A stretch of DNA of 64,000 nt, taken from contig OZ024743.1 in the NCBI GenBank assembly GCA_964016885.1, positions 315,270,001 through 315,334,000 on the forward strand, read 5' to 3'. The notes below the pieces were generated by a model. That model was given only the letters and a program-made list of their open reading frames with translations. It had not been told where the DNA came from and made no database searches. This document shows positions 56,536 to 64,000 of this stretch, in pieces. The position numbers and the translations under genes are program-made. The first letter of the stretch is position 1, and each line of letters opens with the position of its first letter. Origin of the DNA: Eledone cirrhosa (Eukaryota).

Positions 56536-56659
56536 CTGTGCCCATCAGTGTGCAATGTATGTGTGCGTTTATGTATCCCCACACACACACACATATTCTC
56601 TCACACACACACACACATATATACACACACACATACACACGCGTACATTAACATACAAA

Positions 56660-56698
<39 letters not shown>

Positions 56699-57265
56699 CT
56701 CCGTATAAGACAAGAGCGGAAAAATATCTTTTAACATGTTAAAATATCCCCCACACACTTACAGACACATTCCTACTGACCATCCCTCTACCACGAATTG
56801 CTCTGCTACACACACACACACACGCACACACACACTTGTCTTAATAGGCATTTAAACTGTCAACAGGCTGCGGTTCGCACACACATCCCTGCTGGCATTA
56901 TCACAACAACGAACCTCTTTACTACTACTACGCACACACACACACACATATATTTGTTGTGAAATACTTATTTCTCAGTCAGCCGACACAAACTTACATT
57001 TGGCGCAAAATCGATTTTTTACATTCACATGACCTCTACCGACCAATCAAAATTGTTTTGACCACAAGAATTTTTGCAACACGAATTGGCGCAAAACTTA
57101 TTTTAATACCGCTGGAGCCACTTTTTAAACATAAAAACAGGTATCAGATCAGAGCAAACATCACGGACGCTCTATCTCAAAATTATTTTTGAAAAGCATT
57201 AGAAATGCGCAACCGGTAAAACTAAAAACCAAAACTGAATACTAACCAATACTATTACTAATTCT

Positions 57266-57576
57266 CCAGAGTAAGAGAGCGGATATGATTTCATTGCAGG
57301 CACGGTGACAGTGGCCAGCAAATTGAGCTCTCCGGGATTTTAGAAGGGCAGAGGCTGCAGGGAGTTTGCCATAGATTTTAGCACCTTGTGCTAAAAGAGT
57401 TTGCCACAATTTTTACAGCCTGACTAGGAGTAGGAAGCTGTCATTCCCTGACGTTATCTCTAGGGATACGGGAATCAGTAGACAGGACCTAGGGGCGGCG
57501 ATGGGGTCAGGGAATTATGGGGCATGAGAGTGAGATCCATCATCTCGACAGTAGTCGACGAATGATGATGATGATG
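57266..57576 (+). mobile_element. RTE-like LINE 3' fragment with (ATG)n tail and 9-bp TSD, inserted in the right arm of family E
   Basis: TSD actaattct at 57257-57265 and 57577-57585. KLSFPDVISRDTGI..QDLGAAM..RELW. 3' hairpin tcgac-agta-gtcga. Confidence 0.75.
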
Positions 57577-57684
57577 ACTAATTCTAACTTATTCCTAATT
57601 AAACTATTTTTCAGTGAACAATTTGTCAACATTTTCTATTCCGTTTACCAATATATTATAACTTGTGTGTTACACCTCTATTCT

Positions 57685-57755
<71 letters not shown>

Positions 57756-58542
57756 CTGTGACCCTACCTGCTTTGGTCGATCTGTGTACCCTCCACACTT
57801 TCACATCGACCCACCCTTCTCTCTTCCCTTCTCCTCGTCACTCTCATTTTTTTCTCTCTCCCTCTTTCTCTATCCATCCGTTCGGTTTTGATTGTTGATA
57901 TGTTTACACGTGCCGTGGTGGCCTCTCTGTCCGCAATCTTTGCGGCACGTTTTTACCACCGTCGTAAAAAAATCCTTCTGGATTATCTCCCTTTCCCTTC
58001 TCCTCACTTTTGGTTGCCCGTGTCTCTCTCTTACTTTCTCCTGTCTATGTGAGAGGCAGCACGATTATACCAGCTCTGAGTCGTAGCTGACCACCAGGCT
58101 AAAGTCTCCCAAGTTGGCCACAACTTACTTTCTTTCCCTATTTTTCCACGGTTGCTTTTTTGCATGTTTCTTTCACCTGTGTCTTCCCACGATGGGATCT
58201 GCACACTTTTTTCTTCTATTCCTTTCCTATTTTTCCCCTTCTTCCTCTCTCTTCAACTTTTTCCACCTGTTCTTCCTCATTTCCCTCTCTTTCCTTTTCT
58301 CTCTCCCCTTTTCTCTCTCTTTCTCTCTCCTTTTCCACCTGACCTTTTGATTAATAAAAAGCCTAGGGCGCACCCGAACTACACCGATGTCCTGTAATTC
58401 AGCGCCGAAACATAGGATCGGGAAACATTTACAGTTGACGATGGAAACTCCTTTCCTCCTTTCTCCTGCTGTTCTGTCCTAACCACCACCCTAAACCTTG
58501 TTTTAATAACCACACAGCTCCTCCTTTCGGTTCATAACTTCT

Positions 58543-58627
<85 letters not shown>

Positions 58628-58990
58628 CTGTGTGTGCGTGTGTGTTTCTGTGTGCGTCTGTGTATACATGTATGTGTGTTTGTGTTTGGGTGGTTTGTGT
58701 CTATGTGTTTGGCGTGTGTATAGTGAGCAGATATATGCGTGGGTATATATATGTGTGTGTGTAGTGTATATGTGTGTGTGTATATGTGTGTAATTGAATC
58801 TAAATAAATGATGTAAAGCAGTGTGTAGACGTAAAGACTGGTCATAAGAAACTTATGAATGTTTCGACCTATTGAACAGATGTCTAGATGGTTTACACTA
58901 TAAATGTCAGCATTGCAGTGTCTCTCCCTTTAGCAGTGTACATTATACATCTCAATGTCGGAATTCCATGTATTTCAACCACTGTTACAA

Positions 58991-59035
<45 letters not shown>

Positions 59036-59041
59036 TTCATA

Positions 59042-59162
<121 letters not shown>

Positions 59163-59164
59163 TA

Positions 59165-59547
59165 TTTCTTTATTAGCCACAGGGGCACAAAAGAAGGGGA
59201 CAAATACAAAGGGGGAAGTTTACATACAATAAAAACGTGTAAAATGTTATCACAAATGGAATTTAAAAAGTTAGTCGATTTTCCCCAATAGAGGGAGACA
59301 GTTTATATGGGTAACACATACCCCCGAAAAAAATGTGCAACCCTCATCTCCAGGAGTACAAAGAGTTTGTACTCCTTTCCTCTCCTCCTTCTTTTCCTCA
59401 ACCTACAGGCTGATATAGAGAGAAGGCCCATTCACTCGGGCCATTCTCGCCACTTTCACCCACCTTTCATAAAACTTGCTGGGGTACAGCACCTCTCTCT
59501 CCATCCTGATTCTTCTTCCAAAGTGGTATTTGAAAAAAAGAATCAGT
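59165..59547 (-). mobile_element. Short Tx1 3' fragment in (GATA)n, nearly identical to 38458-38840
   Basis: Near-identical sequence. GATA repeats on both sides. Confidence 0.9.
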
Positions 59548-59583
59548 AGATAGATAGATAGATAGATAGGTATGTATATATGC

Positions 59584-59641
<58 letters not shown>

Positions 59642-59644
<3 letters not shown>

Positions 59645-59950
59645 AAGATCGGAATTAAGAGTATTCCGCAGTTCCCCGTAATAATAATAATAGTATTAGC
59701 TCAAAGAAGAATAGAGAATTTTCTTCTGAGCTCAAATGCAAATATATTACACAAAGAGAAGTGTGTTACACAGTGAGATGTGTGTAAAGAATTATTACAA
59801 GTGAGTTTTACCGTTACTGTATAGAGAACAATATCTACAGGTTTAGCAAGTTTTTTCTATTTAATTGCTAAACCTGTAGATTTTGTTCTCTATACAGTAA
59901 CGGTAAAACCCACTTGTAATAATTCTTTACACACATCTCACTGTGTAATA
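59642..59950. mobile_element. Asymmetric hairpin element (family F; ~83-bp arms 59766-59848 and 59865-59948, ~120-nt one-sided extension) in (TA)n
   Basis: ttacacagtgagatgtg...tctacaggtttagcaa pairs with ttgctaaacctgtaga...cacatctcactgtgtaa. Confidence 0.8.
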
Positions 59951-61632
59951 TATTTATATATATATATATATATATATATACTAGGGTGGACTGAATGGTT
60001 CATCGGATTACCAAGATGCTCTCGTTCCATGACTTTAAACCTAGCTGTTAGTATACAACAATGTCAGATTTGAATTCCCCACCACCATTAACACTACACA
60101 TCGAGGACTTAGCAGCACCCACAACCACAAACCCTTCGACCAACTCTTTCCTCTACACAACTCATATTCATCTCTAACCTTATTCTCTGCAATAACAGTT
60201 AGAATTAAACATAGAGTTACCACCTTGTGATATAACTACAATAGATTAATTATATCATATATAGTAATTGATATTTGGTACTTAGTATGTAGAGACATTC
60301 AATGTAATATATGATAATAATTTATATATGCATTTATAATTATATAATTAAATACTTAAATTAATAACATGTATTTAACACAACATAATAATAATAAAGT
60401 ATATATACATTTATAATTAAATATAAAATGTAATAGCATTGAATATTAGGGATTAATTTTCAAAACAATAATGTATATTATTACACATATGACATATCTT
60501 TTTTGACATATTAACAGCTATACAATTCTTCATAACATATACCTTATCCAGTAATGAATAGATAACAATCTAAAGAGACCTTTAATGTATGATAGTAAAA
60601 TACACTGTATTTAAAATCAGGTATAAATATACAGCGTTGTATAATAGAGATTCAATGGTATCACATTATAATATGTATTAGAAGAAAGAATTTTAATAAC
60701 TGAATTGAACTTAATTAGGTAGTTACCTCCCTTACGCATTAGCTCCCCTTATTCACTTCCGGAAATTAACGATTGGAAAATTTACCGGTTGATCAAAATA
60801 GTCTATGAATATGAATACATTAAGACTAATTTACAATCCATTGCTCTAACTAACTTAAAACATTCAATATAAACATTAACTAAAATGTAATTCAACATAT
60901 GTCATGGAAAAGTCTGCAAAAACTGTATATTTCTCAACACACACAAATTGGAACACTATCAGCTTACAGCATCCATCTTAAATTCTAATACATTAACATA
61001 TTTGCTTAAAGTGAAGTATTTATTCATCTATATATGCATTAAAGCTTTGCTTTTCTCCTTCTCATGTATATGACTAACGCAGTTGCACTCTCCACACGCC
61101 TGCATATGAATTGTTAATGTACTCTTCCTTTCTCAAAACTACTTTCTCAATGCATCTTTAATGATTGGACTATTCTCTTGTTCTATCTGTTGCATATATT
61201 CCACTCCGTGCTTTTGATTTTAATTTGAATTTGAACTTGAATGTTTGTACAATTATTGTACAATTCTCGTAAAATATATGTCACATCCATTCCACCCTGT
61301 AAATACGAAACTGTTGCTCACAACATCAATTTATATGTATCTATATTATTGTTCAGTTGAATAGGAGGTAAATTATATGTGCAAACATTGATAATGCTCC
61401 GATGACGACAAACGAGAGTTTTGAAGAAACGATTGTCAGCTATTAAATGATTTGAACGCAACTTTGATAGTTGTATTATTTATTTATTTTCTTGCTCTGT
61501 AAAACAACTGATGTTCATACATTGAGCCATTTCTCTTATTGGTAATAAGGTAATAAGAAATTACTGACCTTCGTGTTTGTAGTTGTTTATACTATATACA
61601 TAACTATAAATAGTATTATTATTATATATATA

Positions 61633-61940
61633 TAGGAGAAAGTATGACCCCGACTGCAGAGCTCAAGCCGTTTCGACAGCTATTTCTGGACTAAAGCGTC
61701 CGAGTGCACCAGGATGTCGTTGGTACTTTCATACTCCGTTATTTTGCTACGGAGTTGTTGTAGGAATCGGTTGTGTCTGGGTTTCAATTTAATACCTTTA
61801 GGCCAGAAATAGCCGTAGAAACGGCTTGATGTCTGAAGTCGGGGGTCATACTTTCTCCTATTACCCACTCTACTACCCTAAGTATTGAGTACTCTGGTGC
61901 CTTATGGTCCATCTGGTTCCTTACCACATTTCCTCCGTTA
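61633..61940. mobile_element. Family B asymmetric inverted-repeat element in (TA)n
   Basis: Short arm 61633-61690, long arm 61803-61860 and ~80-nt tail to 61940. Confidence 0.78.
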
Positions 61941-62045
61941 TATATATATATATTGAGCACTTTGTCAGTGTCATTTCTGATTTTTGCGTTTCGTTTCGTC
62001 TTTTCTGCCCGCCGAAATGCGATTCTCGCTGAATCTTTATTTGTA

Positions 62046-62146
<101 letters not shown>

Positions 62147-62356
62147 GGGGGGAGGGAGAGAGAGAGAAAATAGTGGTTGATAGTTAAATTTGATAGAGAG
62201 TCAGGGAGAGAGTGTGTGTTCTGAGTTACTGAGTGGGAATAATGATAGGTATCAACACGACAACAATCGTCTTGCTGAGCACAAGCTGAAACGGTTTAGC
62301 ATCGTAGTTGGATTTATACATCACTCTATCTCTCTCTCTATATATATATATATTTA

Positions 62357-62540
62357 ATTGTTTCTACTTTAGGCACAAGGCCAGTAATTACCCAGTGCAT
62401 TACTGGTACTTTATTTTATCGACCCCGTAAGGATGAAAGGCAAAGTCAACCTCGGCGTGATTTGAACTCAGGTCGTAAAGGGACGTAACTATGCTGGAAA
62501 GCATGGCGTCCGACCCTCTACCGATACTGCCAATCCACCC
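62357..62540 (-). mobile_element. Full-length SINE S1
   Basis: Reverse complement of S1. Confidence 0.92.
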
Positions 62541-62678
62541 ATGTATGTATATATGTATGTATATGTATATATTTAATGCGACGAAATATCAATGATGATT
62601 GGCAAATCACTGACGAAGGACTAATTTTATCATATGTAACCCATGTGCAACCACGCAGTATTCTTCTTTCTTCTCATG

Positions 62679-62765
<87 letters not shown>

Positions 62766-63342
62766 AGGGATTATAACGTCAAATTACTGTTGGTTTACCA
62801 AAGTGAGCACTCGATGCGTAGTTTCCAGTATGTACTTTAGGGTTGTATTAAGAATAAGTATGGATGAAGTGTCAAATTTCCATTAAATGTACTTGCAGAA
62901 AAACCACCCTCGAGTGGTTTTCTGCTAGCATGTGTAGTGTGTATATTGATATTATACGCAAGTATATATGCATGTAGATATGATCAAATAAAATCGTAAT
63001 TGACAATATACACAGAAATTGTCCCATATAATTAGTAACGTAATCCATGACAAATGATTAAAAAAAGACAATATTGTATATAAACTACATTAGGAGTGAC
63101 AGAATATATTTATGTTTATCTAAAAGATCGCTAACCGGAAGTGTTGACATTTGAAAATTTTAAAGTAGTGAATCTTTAAATAAGTAATAAAAAATATTTA
63201 ATGAACAGCCACGAAATTTAGTAGATAATTTATGAAATATTCATTCATTATTTATTCAAAGTAATCCAACTTAGTTTACTAGTGGGATAAAAAATGATAA
63301 ACCGTACGCAGTCCCGCGCTTCTTACTTTATTATAGTTTAGA

Positions 63343-63444
63343 TTCAGGTTTGACACGCGTTTCTCGTGATTGTTCAACTCAAGGTTCGATCTCTATCGAT
63401 CGAACCTTGAGCTGTTCAATCGTGAAACGCACGTAACATCTGAA
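63343..63444. repeat. Imperfect ~45-bp-arm palindrome
   Basis: tgacacgcgtttc...ctcaaggttcgatc-tctatc-gatcgaaccttgag...gaaacgcacgtaaca. One arm is related to 21691-21729. Confidence 0.75.
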
Positions 63445-63840
63445 TAAAGTTAATGAAAATTTGACACCTCGATCATACTTATTATCAATTATATATATAT
63501 AAGATGAAGGCACATGGGTTAAAGGTTAGAGAATTGGGCTTACACTGATCAGATTGTGAGATCAATTGCCGGAGAGGGTGGAGTGTTGTGTTGTTGAACA
63601 AGACACTTTATTTCACGTTGCTTCAGTTGCAGCTCTAGAAATGTATTGCTGCCAAGCTATATTGACCATTGCGATTCTCTTGGAATACATTAGTGCTATG
63701 AAGAAGGGAAACTTCTATGCATGAGTGACTACTGTTTTTTCTGTCTTTGTGTCTCAGAATGGAACTTTCTTGGTGCAAAATCATTCGAAACTAAAGGGGA
63801 CCTTTACCTTTACCTATATATATGTACATATAAATACATC

Positions 63841-63882
<42 letters not shown>

Positions 63883-64000
63883 GTATATATGTATGTATAT
63901 TTATATATATATATGATTATAAAAAAGAAATATCAGTAGAAAATGGTAATGGGATTTTCTCATACAATAGCAGCAAAACATTTATTTATAACAAAGAAAT

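Larger units (their letters stand above)
55431..57687. mobile_element. Large inverted-repeat element (family E; arms ~55431-56135 and ~56588-57648, tail 57649-57687) in (TA)n, probably PLE-derived
   Basis: About 700-bp arms with modest divergence. HHR-like variant in both arms (55527-55561 -, 57186-57221 +). The spacer on - reads HFKPFIIKVFDVLLRESILLK, possibly a GIY-YIG end. Confidence 0.8.

Noticed and set aside
59981-61600. Possible further PLE 3' region (ccgatgac...gaaacgattgtcag at about 61400)
   Set aside because: Too degenerate to assign stems or coding motifs.

Overview
Repeat-dominated, AT-rich animal genomic DNA, most consistent with an octopod cephalopod (inferred from SINE sequences and microsatellite load; no database search was possible). 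No complete host gene is supported. One candidate host exon with a signal-peptide-like start lies at about 52090-52323. Most long ORFs in the track are microsatellite artefacts. The window holds a near full-length decayed R4/Dong-type RLE LINE (5787-9460, -), several Tx1/L1-clade LINE copies (one near full-length with ORF1 CCHC knuckle and APE-RT ORF2), a DD37D (maT) Tc1/mariner element, RTE and R4 fragments, and more than 20 copies of a tRNA-derived SINE. The most notable signal is a set of Penelope-like elements (PLEs) from several families. They carry GIY-YIG remnants and minimal hammerhead-ribozyme (HHR) motifs, sit inside (TA)n tracts, and repeatedly show one asymmetric fold-back layout: an inverted arm stopping at a fixed point, then a forward arm with an extra 40-120 nt tail. 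Products range from 44 bp to about 2.2 kb. A SINE insertion shows a similar fold-back that copied about 190 bp of flank and is still bounded by an 11-bp target-site duplication. Different retroelement clades also occupy different microsatellites (TA, TAA/ATT, GATA).
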